DNA from: Candidatus Woesearchaeota archaeon
GTDB taxonomy: Archaea > Nanobdellota > Nanobdellia > Pacearchaeales > GW2011-AR1
Direction: 5' to 3'
Assembly (NCBI GenBank): GCA_964653605.1
Contig: CAZZGW010000001.1
Coordinates: 1-48,594 of the forward strand
Length of the DNA: 48,594 nt
The notes under the pieces were generated by a model. That model was not told the DNA's origin. It did not search any database and was given only the letters and a program-made list of their open reading frames with translations. The stretch's first letter is position 1. Each line of letters begins with the position of its first letter. Below are positions 17,077 through 24,057 of this stretch, in pieces. Made by a program: the position numbers and the translations under genes.

Positions 17077-17313
17077 TTATTCACTTTCATAAATAACTTC
17101 ACATTTTTTATTGAAAACCTTATTAACAACATCCAAAGGAATTGATGAGGCAGATGCCAAGCACCCTTTTTCAAAAGAACCTGTAAAAGCATCCAAGACA
17201 ATTACCTTGTCTCCTACTTTAGATAATTTTCCAACCTCTTGCTTCTTCATTCCATATTGCTCATAATGAACAATAACCCAATCTCCTACATAATTTTTCA
17301 TCTTGTTTTTCAT
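17077..17313 (-). CDS. Hypothetical small cytosolic beta-rich protein
   Basis: 78 aa: GDWVIVHYEQYGMKKQEVGKLSKVGDKVIVLD (SH3/KOW-like feel only). Confidence 0.45.
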   Translation of the reverse strand: MKNKMKNYVGDWVIVHYEQYGMKKQEVGKLSKVGDKVIVLDAFTGSFEKGCLASASSIPLDVVNKVFNKKCEVIYESE

Positions 17314-17364
17314 GATTTATAAAATTTAATAAATATTAATATTGATTTTACTGGATTTTTTACA

Positions 17365-17556
17365 TTATTTTACTTTGTTTCTCTTTTTATCAATCTTATT
17401 GAATATTCTAATCCCTATAAGGATCATAATGAGTAGGATAAGTAATCCAATGGCAATTCCAAAATTGAGGAGTGCTCCATTGATTATTCCGACTATTGCG
17501 ATTATTGCACAAAGGGGAATGGCTGCTTGACGAATAAATTCTCTTAAGGTTTCCAT
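17365..17556 (-). CDS. Hypothetical 2-TM mini membrane protein (first gene of the membrane-protein train)
   Basis: 63 aa. AT-rich TATA-like region and the GAAATACC array lie upstream. Confidence 0.5.
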   Translation of the reverse strand: METLREFIRQAAIPLCAIIAIVGIINGALLNFGIAIGLLILLIMILIGIRIFNKIDKKRNKVK

Positions 17557-17611
17557 CTCGATTTTTATTTAGTTTATGTTGATTTATTTGTTATATTATT
17601 AATATATTAAA

Positions 17612-17687
17612 ACAGGGTATTTCCTGTGTAATTTCAGTGTATTCCGAGGTTATTTCGGGGTATTTCATGTGTGAAATAAGTGTATTT
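17612..17687 (-). promoter_or_regulatory. Phased array of 5 GAAATA(C)C boxes upstream of the membrane-protein train
   Basis: Minus strand reads catGAAATACCccGAAATAACCtcgGAATACACtGAAATTACacagGAAATACCctg, box spacing 9-12 nt, about 55-130 nt upstream of ATG 17556. Confidence 0.5.
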
Positions 17688-17875
17688 GTAATTCTATTGA
17701 TAGAAATTCTTAAGCACTCTAAAGCGAGTTGCTTCTTTTGTATCTTGTGGTTGTTAATCCAACTTCAAGACTAAGAGTTCAATGCGTTACATAACCTATT
17801 ATTAATCTTACCTTGTTGTTCCTTTCGTTTTATTGATTGATTGGAAATTTGGTTTGACTAATGTGCGGGGGTGTA

Positions 17876-19963
17876 TTAATTGATGTTCTCTAAGGGTTGT
17901 GTTTGTGATTTATTTAATGAATTTGATAACCTGATGAACTTTTTCCAGCCGGTTTTACTTTTTTGTTCTTCTACTGCTACTACTTCTTTTTCCATTAGTT
18001 TATTCTTGAGAGAATTCCCTTTTCTTGCTGAGAATCCCATGTTCTTGTAAAGTTCAACAGTACTGTAATTGTGATTTGGAAATTCCATTAAGAAACTTAA
18101 AAATATTTTTTCTTCATCTTCAAAGTTATCTAAGAATGCTTGATCTAGCTTTTCTTGATTTTCTTGTATTTCTTTTTCTGTATCTATTTCTGAAAATTCT
18201 ACAACTGGCTGATTTAATTGTTCACTTATTACTTTGCTCATTACAATTAAAACATCTTCAGAAGTGTAACCATTTTTGTTTACTCCAGATTCTAATACTT
18301 TTTCTATGTTCTTTAAGTCATGGCCTTTTGCCATTTCTTCTTTTACAAAACTAAAAAGCACTCCTTGAGAGTATTCTGGATCATAAACTTCATCTTCAGT
18401 TATTCCAGAGATTTCACTTTCCTGTGTATTTTGAGGTATTTCACCTATTTCACTGTGTGGGTGTTCCAGGGTTCTTTCATGTTCTTTCAATTTAGAAATA
18501 CCCCATTTACTATGTTCCGCTTCCTGTTCAATTGTTATTGCATCCATAAATTCTGGATCTTCCCTTTCGGCTTCAATTCCTTGCATTATTGCATCTGCTC
18601 TTGAAGTTATTTTCTCGTCTGAAATCGATTGTTCTGTTAGTGCCATATAGGGGGTTTTAACTAAGAATGGGAGGGTATATCTTTCTGATAACTTAACAAC
18701 TGCAGACCCAACTTTCAACTGGGAGAATGCTTCTTTCTTTTGGTGTAATTGGGTTATGGAGCTTATATCGTAAATATCTTGGGGTAATTGCTGTTGGAAT
18801 GCTACGTGGCATGCGCTATTTCCCTTTACTGTATCTGATAACTTTGAAATATGTTGGTCTAAACAAATAAGGCTAGTCCCATATTCCCTCATTTCCCTAT
18901 AAGCCATATCTGTAATTGATTCTGAGATAAAATTTGTTTTATCTTTTAAGAAAACATTGTGTGCTTCATCAACTAAAATTGCATAATCAAAATCCCCATT
19001 AGATTTGTGTGGGGAGGCTTTCTTTTGTTTGTAAATATATGTTAAAACGAACTCGCAAAAGAATTTCTTTTCTATGTTTCCTAAGGAATTTAACTCGAAT
19101 ACAGCCCTTTTATTGAATAAATCTTCAACAGACAAGCTTTTCTTACCTTCATAATTTATTACGTTTCCAAATGCTCCAAAAGTTAAAACTGAGGCTATTC
19201 TTAATGCACTTTCAAGCCACTCAGACTCTCTTCCTCTTGCATCTCTTGCTTTTTGTTCAAGCATTTTCTTAACATGTAACCAATTAGGATAATGTCTTTT
19301 TTCTTCTGGAAGTTTGTAAATATCCCATCCTTCAAAAATCTCATCAAGAGTTTCTAAAAGAATTTTATGAACACCAAATGAAGCTGAGAAACTTTCAGTA
19401 AGCAAATCTGCTAAAACATTAATCCATTCTTTTGGTGCAACTCCTTTTGGAGGAACATTAATATTTGTTTTGAATAAATTTGCAACTGAATCATTTCCAA
19501 TTGTAAAAACCATTAAACTTGGATCCACATTCACAAGGGGACGGAAACTTCTTTTCCAATCAAAGACTAAAAAAGGTTTGTCTTTTCCAATAAAGTTTTC
19601 AAGAATATTAAATGCAAAATTTGTTTTACCAGAACCACTCATACCAGTAATACAAACGTGTCTTGGCCAATCTTTTTCATTTAATCCAAAAGTGTATAAT
19701 TCTTTATCTGCATAAATTATATTCCCAAGAGGGTATTCCCCTATTATTTCCGATTGTTTTGGAGGTTCTAAAAGTAAACTTTGATCTAAAAGTTTGTTAA
19801 GATTTTTTTGATAAAGTAAAGTTATAACTTGCAAAATTTCATTTTTTTCTTCCAATGAATTTGCTACAGCGTATTGGGCATAAATTCTATCAATTTTTTC
19901 TCCAAAAAAAGGTTTTAATTTTCTACACATATCTTCAACTGTTAGACTTCTTTGATTCATCAT
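17876..19963 (-). CDS. FtsK/HerA-superfamily P-loop ATPase with acidic linker and C-terminal winged-helix domain
   Basis: Walker A RHVCITGMSGSGKTN. FLVFDWKRSF. Walker B YAILVDEAHNVF. REYGTSLICLDQH. C-terminal IFLSFLMEFPNHNYSTVELYKNMGFSARKGNSLKNKLMEKEVV. Confidence 0.8.
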   Translation of the reverse strand: MMNQRSLTVEDMCRKLKPFFGEKIDRIYAQYAVANSLEEKNEILQVITLLYQKNLNKLLDQSLLLEPPKQSEIIGEYPLGNIIYADKELYTFGLNEKDWPRHVCITGMSGSGKTNFAFNILENFIGKDKPFLVFDWKRSFRPLVNVDPSLMVFTIGNDSVANLFKTNINVPPKGVAPKEWINVLADLLTESFSASFGVHKILLETLDEIFEGWDIYKLPEEKRHYPNWLHVKKMLEQKARDARGRESEWLESALRIASVLTFGAFGNVINYEGKKSLSVEDLFNKRAVFELNSLGNIEKKFFCEFVLTYIYKQKKASPHKSNGDFDYAILVDEAHNVFLKDKTNFISESITDMAYREMREYGTSLICLDQHISKLSDTVKGNSACHVAFQQQLPQDIYDISSITQLHQKKEAFSQLKVGSAVVKLSERYTLPFLVKTPYMALTEQSISDEKITSRADAIMQGIEAEREDPEFMDAITIEQEAEHSKWGISKLKEHERTLEHPHSEIGEIPQNTQESEISGITEDEVYDPEYSQGVLFSFVKEEMAKGHDLKNIEKVLESGVNKNGYTSEDVLIVMSKVISEQLNQPVVEFSEIDTEKEIQENQEKLDQAFLDNFEDEEKIFLSFLMEFPNHNYSTVELYKNMGFSARKGNSLKNKLMEKEVVAVEEQKSKTGWKKFIRLSNSLNKSQTQPLENIN
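18408..18463 (-). repeat. Intragenic GTGAAAT(A/C) box array inside the ATPase linker-coding region
   Basis: Minus strand reads GTGAAATAGGTGAAATACCtcAAAATACacaggaaaGTGAAATC and encodes HSEIGEIPQNTQESEIS. Confidence 0.5.
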
Positions 19964-20406
19964 TTTAATTCCCCTTCCCTATCAAGAATTTTTTGAAGTT
20001 TAGAGGGAACGAAATACTTTACATCCATTGTTTTAAGATATTCTTCAGAATTTCTAATTGAACTATCCACCTCATCAAAAGAAGCACTTTTACTAAAATC
20101 TCCTTGAGCCCTTCTTCTTTCTGCAACTTGTAGAGGATTTACGTGAGTAACGACTCCTGCGTGGAAAGGAGCTTTACCCTCGGCAATATGTTTTGAGAAC
20201 CAACCAACAAGATATCCTCTTTCTGGTTTTTCAGATTCTTGAAGCCCTTCAAGAACTTCTTCTGAACCGTATCTTTGAACAAACTCATCTTTAGTCCTTT
20301 CCAAAGCTACATAAAGCGCTGTTCCAAGAGAATTTGAAGTTCCACTTGATTCTACGGATTTTATTTTTCCTTCCATTTCTCTGTAAAATCTTGTTTTTGC
20401 TTTCAT
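19960..20406 (-). CDS. Hypothetical protein, translationally coupled to the ATPase (4-nt overlap)
   Basis: 148 aa. No family recognised. Confidence 0.6.
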   Translation of the reverse strand: MKAKTRFYREMEGKIKSVESSGTSNSLGTALYVALERTKDEFVQRYGSEEVLEGLQESEKPERGYLVGWFSKHIAEGKAPFHAGVVTHVNPLQVAERRRAQGDFSKSASFDEVDSSIRNSEEYLKTMDVKYFVPSKLQKILDREGELK

Positions 20407-20873
20407 TATGCTGCTTTAGCAAAATCCCCTTGAGAGTATCTTACTAATTGATTTACTTTTTCTTGAGGAATAGTTTTTCTTAATCCTTTATCTAGAATTT
20501 TCAAAAGGTTAGTTGCGTTTTCTTTTAACTCAACTTCAAGGGATTCTTTCAATTCTTTCTCAGTTGGATTGCTAAAATATTCTCTTGTCTTAACAGTTGC
20601 TTTGTAAAAATTATCTACACCATTGAACATTTCTAATGACTTTATCAACGCAGATTCATTAGCAATTCTTACTAGGTTGCTTGTATCTTCAACTTCCTCT
20701 CCAGTGTATTGTTTTCTCATTTCCAGGTCATATCCAAGAGTCATTCCGGTGAATATTTCTGCAGTTTGTAAATTGAAGCATCCTCTAGCTTCTGCTTTAA
20801 GGTATTTCCCATATTCTTCAGCATTCATTTCCTTTGTTTCTTTATCTGATTTCATCTTAATTTTCCTCATCAA
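20406..20873 (-). CDS. Hypothetical protein (operon member)
   Basis: 155 aa. 1-nt overlap with the downstream ORF. Confidence 0.6.
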   Translation of the reverse strand: MMRKIKMKSDKETKEMNAEEYGKYLKAEARGCFNLQTAEIFTGMTLGYDLEMRKQYTGEEVEDTSNLVRIANESALIKSLEMFNGVDNFYKATVKTREYFSNPTEKELKESLEVELKENATNLLKILDKGLRKTIPQEKVNQLVRYSQGDFAKAA

Positions 20874-21309
20874 GCAATTTATTTATTGAATTTACTCTTT
20901 CTTCTTTTTCACTTAATTCTTGTTCTTGGGACCTAAGTTCTTTCTTAAGTAAAGCTACATCTTTCCAAGAATCAATTTTTTCTTTCATTTGAATTTCAGA
21001 GATTTCTATCTTTTTTGTTCTAAGTAAGTTCTTTTCTTTCATCAAATCCGCTTTTTCAAACTCAGTAGTATTTTCATTTTCTAAAAGGAAGTTATTAATT
21101 TCAGTCTTAACTGACTCTCCTTCTTTAATGAAGTTTTCGCTAAGCTCTTCTCTTTCATTTATCAAAATTCCTATGTCTTTGACAGAGTCTTTCAAGGCAT
21201 TAATTTTGGCTAGGCCTATCTTTGTCAGATCAGAGCCCGAGCTAGTTATTTCAGGTTTTTCAAAGCTTATTACGGGTTTTCCACCCTTTAAAAGATCACT
21301 TATTTCCAT
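20857..21309 (-). CDS. Hypothetical coiled-coil protein (first gene of the ATPase operon)
   Basis: 150 aa, K/E/L heptad-like. TTTATAAAG about 25 nt upstream of the ATG. Confidence 0.6.
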   Translation of the reverse strand: MEISDLLKGGKPVISFEKPEITSSGSDLTKIGLAKINALKDSVKDIGILINEREELSENFIKEGESVKTEINNFLLENENTTEFEKADLMKEKNLLRTKKIEISEIQMKEKIDSWKDVALLKKELRSQEQELSEKEERVNSINKLLDEEN

Positions 21310-21425
21310 AATTATATAGTAGTAACATACTTTATAAATGTTTCTATCTTGTTGCTATTATATAATGGGTACAAACTAAGAAAAGAAAGTTTAAATAAGT
21401 CGGATTTTTGATAAATTAGTCTTGT

Positions 21426-21458
21426 GCGGAGTTGCCGGAGTGGTCAGACTCAGAATCA
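21426..21458 (+). pseudogene. Partial duplicate of the tRNA-Leu 5' region
   Basis: GCGGAGTTGCCGGAGTGGTCA (21/21 identical to 21500-21520), then GACTCAGAATC (compare GACTCAAAATC of the anticodon arm). No T-arm or 3' acceptor. Confidence 0.6.
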
Positions 21459-21499
21459 AAATTCTGGTGCTATCCCCCTCCAACCCAAAAAAACAGAAT

Positions 21500-21583
21500 G
21501 CGGAGTTGCCGGAGTGGTCAAACGGGACGGACTCAAAATCCGTTAGCTTAGTGCTTACACAGGTTCGAACCCTGTACTCCGCA
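21500..21583 (+). tRNA. tRNA-Leu (anticodon CAA)
   Basis: Acceptor GCGGAGT/ACTCCGC, anticodon stem ACGGA/TCCGT with loop CTCAAAA, long variable arm, T-arm ACAGG TTCGAAC CCTGT. Confidence 0.85.
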
Positions 21584-21756
21584 TATATTCTTTTAGATGG
21601 TGATAATAAATATAAAGGAAATTTTTCTATTTATGAAATATGGGAAGATTAAATGGCTTGGAAACAAGAATCTTTGGGGAGCTTATTTCTGAAGAAAATC
21701 CGGAAAGATATCTTGAAAAACAAGCTCTTTTAAAGAAAATTTAAGGAAAAATATAA

Positions 21757-21783
21757 GTGAAATACCCGAAATACCTTGAAATC
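21757..21783 (+). promoter_or_regulatory. GAAATACC box array upstream of ORF 21834..22109
   Basis: GTGAAATACCcGAAATACCttGAAATC followed by TATATTAAAAAA. Inverted relative to the 17.6-kb array, so it has the same orientation relative to its downstream gene. Confidence 0.5.
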
Positions 21784-21833
21784 TATATTAAAAAACAATA
21801 ATTAATATAAAATATCAAATCCTTGATTCTTAT

Positions 21834-22109
21834 ATGGGCATAGAAGAAGAATTACCGGGATTAAGGAAAGGATTTTCTCAGGAATTGAAAGATACTCCTG
21901 ATTTTTTGGGTCATAAAGTTATAAGGCAAAGCAAGGTTGATGAGGCTTATAGAAAGTTTCTAAATAAAAAATATAGAGATAAATGGATTGATGTAGATTA
22001 TAAGATTTTCTTTAATGACGAATTTTTTGTAGAAAAAATTATGAAAAATTTTGGATTCAATAAGGGAAGTGGAAATCTTGGGCAGGAAAGTTTTTATTTT
22101 AAAAAGTAG
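21834..22109 (+). CDS. Hypothetical protein
   Basis: 91-aa ORF. No family recognised. Confidence 0.5.
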   Translation: MGIEEELPGLRKGFSQELKDTPDFLGHKVIRQSKVDEAYRKFLNKKYRDKWIDVDYKIFFNDEFFVEKIMKNFGFNKGSGNLGQESFYFKK

Positions 22110-22213
22110 AGACCGAATGATTTATAAACCGAAATAATCTAGGAATCTTACCTGCGAGTTTACGCGTAAGCGGGGGCATAAATGCTCTTTCTCGTTAAAT
22201 TAAGGTAATTAAA

Positions 22214-22600
22214 ATGACTAAATCAAAAACAAGGATAGAAAAACAATTACAAAAGAAAAGTAATCCAGAATTAGTTGAGACAATAATCCAAGCAAAAAAG
22301 AAAGAAGCATGGAATGAAGTTGCAGACTTACTTTCTGGTCCAAGGAGAAAAAAGGTTAATTTGAATTTAACAGAATTAAACGGGGTAGAAGCTGGAGATA
22401 AGGATATTCTTGTTATTCCGGGAAAAGTTCTCTCTGAAGGAAGTGTTGATAAAAAGTTAAAAATTGCTGCAATGGGCTTTTCTGAAAGAGCCAAAGAAAA
22501 GTTGTTAAAGACTGGATGTAAACTTTCAAGTATACTAGAAGAAATTAAATCAAACCCTGCTGGTAAAGATCTAAAAATCTTAAGGAAACAAATAAAATGA
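22214..22600 (+). CDS. rpl18e: 50S ribosomal protein L18e
   Basis: NPELVETI......LLSGPRRKKVNLNLTELN....ILVIPGKVLSEG. Followed by L13-S9 as in archaea. Confidence 0.9.
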   Translation: MTKSKTRIEKQLQKKSNPELVETIIQAKKKEAWNEVADLLSGPRRKKVNLNLTELNGVEAGDKDILVIPGKVLSEGSVDKKLKIAAMGFSERAKEKLLKTGCKLSSILEEIKSNPAGKDLKILRKQIK

Positions 22601-23004
22601 AAATAATTGATGGACAAAACACAATTTTAGGAAGATTAGCTAGCCATGTTGCTAAAGAAGCTCTTAAAGGAGAGGAAGTAAGGGTAGTTAATTGTGAAAA
22701 AGTTATTATTACTGGGTCTAGAAGAAACATTGAAGCAGAATTTACAGAAAAAAGACAAAGATATGGGTCTAGTCAAAAAGGACCGCACCCTTCAAAATTA
22801 AGTGAAAGAATGGTTAAGAGGGCCATAAGAGGCATGCTTCCAAATCACAGGATGGGTAGAGGAAGAGATGCTTGGAAAAGAATAAAATGTTACACTGCAA
22901 TCCCTAAAGAATTTGAAGGTAAAAAAATGGAAAAAGTTAAGAGCGATAAAAAAAGTAAATTTATTAGAATGGAAGAAGTTTCCAAGGTAAAGGAGAAAAA
23001 ATGA
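22597..23004 (+). CDS. rpl13: 50S ribosomal protein L13 (uL13)
   Basis: IDGQNTILGRLASHVAKEALKGEEVRVVNCEKVIITG...AIRGMLP. Confidence 0.95.
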   Translation: MKIIDGQNTILGRLASHVAKEALKGEEVRVVNCEKVIITGSRRNIEAEFTEKRQRYGSSQKGPHPSKLSERMVKRAIRGMLPNHRMGRGRDAWKRIKCYTAIPKEFEGKKMEKVKSDKKSKFIRMEEVSKVKEKK

Positions 23005-23399
23005 GAATAATTGAATCTGGTAAAAGAAAAACATCAATTGCACGTGCCACAATTGCAGAAGGAACTGGAAAAATTACTATTAATAAGAGAACTTATAATA
23101 ATTTACAAGAGTTTGATAGATTAAAGATTAAAGAACCAATTGCAATCGCTGAACAAATTTTAGGAAAGGTTAATTTTGACGTTTCAATCACTGTTCGTGG
23201 TGGGGGAGAAAGATCCCAAGTAGATGCTGCAAGATTGGCTCTTGCGAGGGCAATTGTTACATTTTCTAAATCTAAGGATTTATCAAATGCGTATATGACC
23301 TACGATAGAAATTTGTTAATTGCAGATGTTAGAAGAAAGGAAGCTTACAAACCTGGAGATTCTAAGGCTAGAGCAAAGAGACAATCAAGTAAGCGTTAA
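23001..23399 (+). CDS. rps9: 30S ribosomal protein S9 (uS9)
   Basis: GKRKTSIARATI.EGTGKITIN....VRGGGERSQVDAARLALARA...DVRRKE.YKPG..KARAKRQSSKR. Confidence 0.95.
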   Translation: MRIIESGKRKTSIARATIAEGTGKITINKRTYNNLQEFDRLKIKEPIAIAEQILGKVNFDVSITVRGGGERSQVDAARLALARAIVTFSKSKDLSNAYMTYDRNLLIADVRRKEAYKPGDSKARAKRQSSKR

Positions 23400-23477
23400 T
23401 TATCTCTTGGTCCTCACCAAGTTGCGGATTCAAATCAACACAGTTATTTGCATAAAGAAACAATCAAGTAAGCGTTA
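23381..23477 (+). repeat. 18-bp direct repeat of the rps9 3' end (23381-23398 and 23460-23477) flanking a 61-bp spacer with a hairpin
   Basis: ACAATCAAGTAAGCGTTA occurs twice. The spacer contains CTTGG-tcctca-CCAAG. Confidence 0.8.
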
Positions 23478-23522
23478 GTTTTAATCGTTAACTATATAAA
23501 TAAAATTTTGCTGTACTACTTT

Positions 23523-23738
23523 ATGGCAAAAGGTGATAAAAAGGTGAACTGGGTTTTAACTCTAGTTATGTCTATTCTTTTTGGGGCACTAGGTGTTGAC
23601 CGATTCATTATGGGCCAGGTTGGTTTGGGAGTTTTAAAATTGATTACCCTAGGTGGATGTGGTGTCTGGGCATTGATTGATATAATTCTCATTGCAACAA
23701 AGCACGACTATAAAGGCGTTGAATGGGTAGAGAAGTAA
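23523..23738 (+). CDS. TM2-domain membrane protein
   Basis: LFGALGVDRFIMGQVGLGVLKLITLGGCGVWALIDIILI matches the TM2 (two-TM, DRF motif) pattern. ATG at 23523 preferred over the TTG at 23508. Confidence 0.75.
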   Translation: MAKGDKKVNWVLTLVMSILFGALGVDRFIMGQVGLGVLKLITLGGCGVWALIDIILIATKHDYKGVEWVEK

Positions 23739-24049
23739 AAAAAATCTTATCTAAGGCTCTTACATTGAGTCATCCTAGATGGAGATTTTTTATTTTTTTA
23801 GGAGTTTTAATATTGCTTAGAGTTTTGCCATTTTTTATTATTGAAAAAACTAGACATTTTTCTGTTTGTTCCCTCATTCTTGGAAAATATTGTTATTCAG
23901 TAGGTCTTACACGAGGCATTTCTACAATTCTTAGAGGAGATCTTTCTGGAGGTTTAGAATATAATATACTCTCTATCTTTGTCTTGGGAATCTTGGTTAT
24001 TTTTATCATCCATGACCTTTTCAAAGGTTTTATAAAAAGAAAATCATAA
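23723..24049 (+). CDS. DUF2752-like membrane protein
   Basis: CSLILGKYCYSVGLTRGISTILRGD...EYNILS resembles the DUF2752 C..tG..C..CG.TR motif (partly degenerate). Confidence 0.5.
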   Translation: MGREVKKILSKALTLSHPRWRFFIFLGVLILLRVLPFFIIEKTRHFSVCSLILGKYCYSVGLTRGISTILRGDLSGGLEYNILSIFVLGILVIFIIHDLFKGFIKRKS

Positions 24050-24057
24050 TATTTAGT

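Larger units (their letters stand above)
7487..22110 (-). mobile_element. Candidate integrated element / accessory island splitting the rpoD - rpl18e junction
   Basis: About 24 co-oriented ORFs of unknown function, an FtsK/HerA ATPase, and a tRNA-Leu with a duplicated 5' end. Housekeeping operon halves sit on both flanks. No integrase seen inside. Confidence 0.4.

Noticed and set aside
7487-17556. Assembly chimera with a bacterial (Bacteroidota-like) fragment as the explanation for the lipobox/secreted genes
   Set aside because: Not excluded, but base composition, SD usage (GGAGG) and hairpin-terminator style look continuous with the flanks, and both flanks are halves of one archaeal operon. 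It is kept as a check under the findings rather than a conclusion.
9125-20889. Plus-strand ORFs inside the island (9125..9361, 11332..11535, 12770..13065, 13460..13747, 14570..14755, 15470..15844, 16078..16260, 16886..17092, 17342..17530, 18025..18604, 19470..19715, 20623..20889, 21128..21319) and minus-strand ORF 17016..17201
   Set aside because: Each overlaps a longer minus-strand ORF with better features (signal peptides, TM helices, ATPase motifs, SD sequences). 17016..17201 overlaps 17077..17313 out of frame.
21422-21652. ORF 21422..21652 (76 aa)
   Set aside because: It reads straight through the tRNA-Leu fragment and the intact tRNA-Leu gene.
22140-22200. Possible small RNA upstream of rpl18e (contains palindrome TTACGCGTAA and a GC-rich stretch)
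   Set aside because: It is short, I could fold no convincing conserved structure by eye, and it may simply be the rpl18e promoter/leader.
22195-23052. Minus-strand ORFs 22195..22617, 22545..22730 and 22798..23052
   Set aside because: They are antisense to rpl18e and rpl13.
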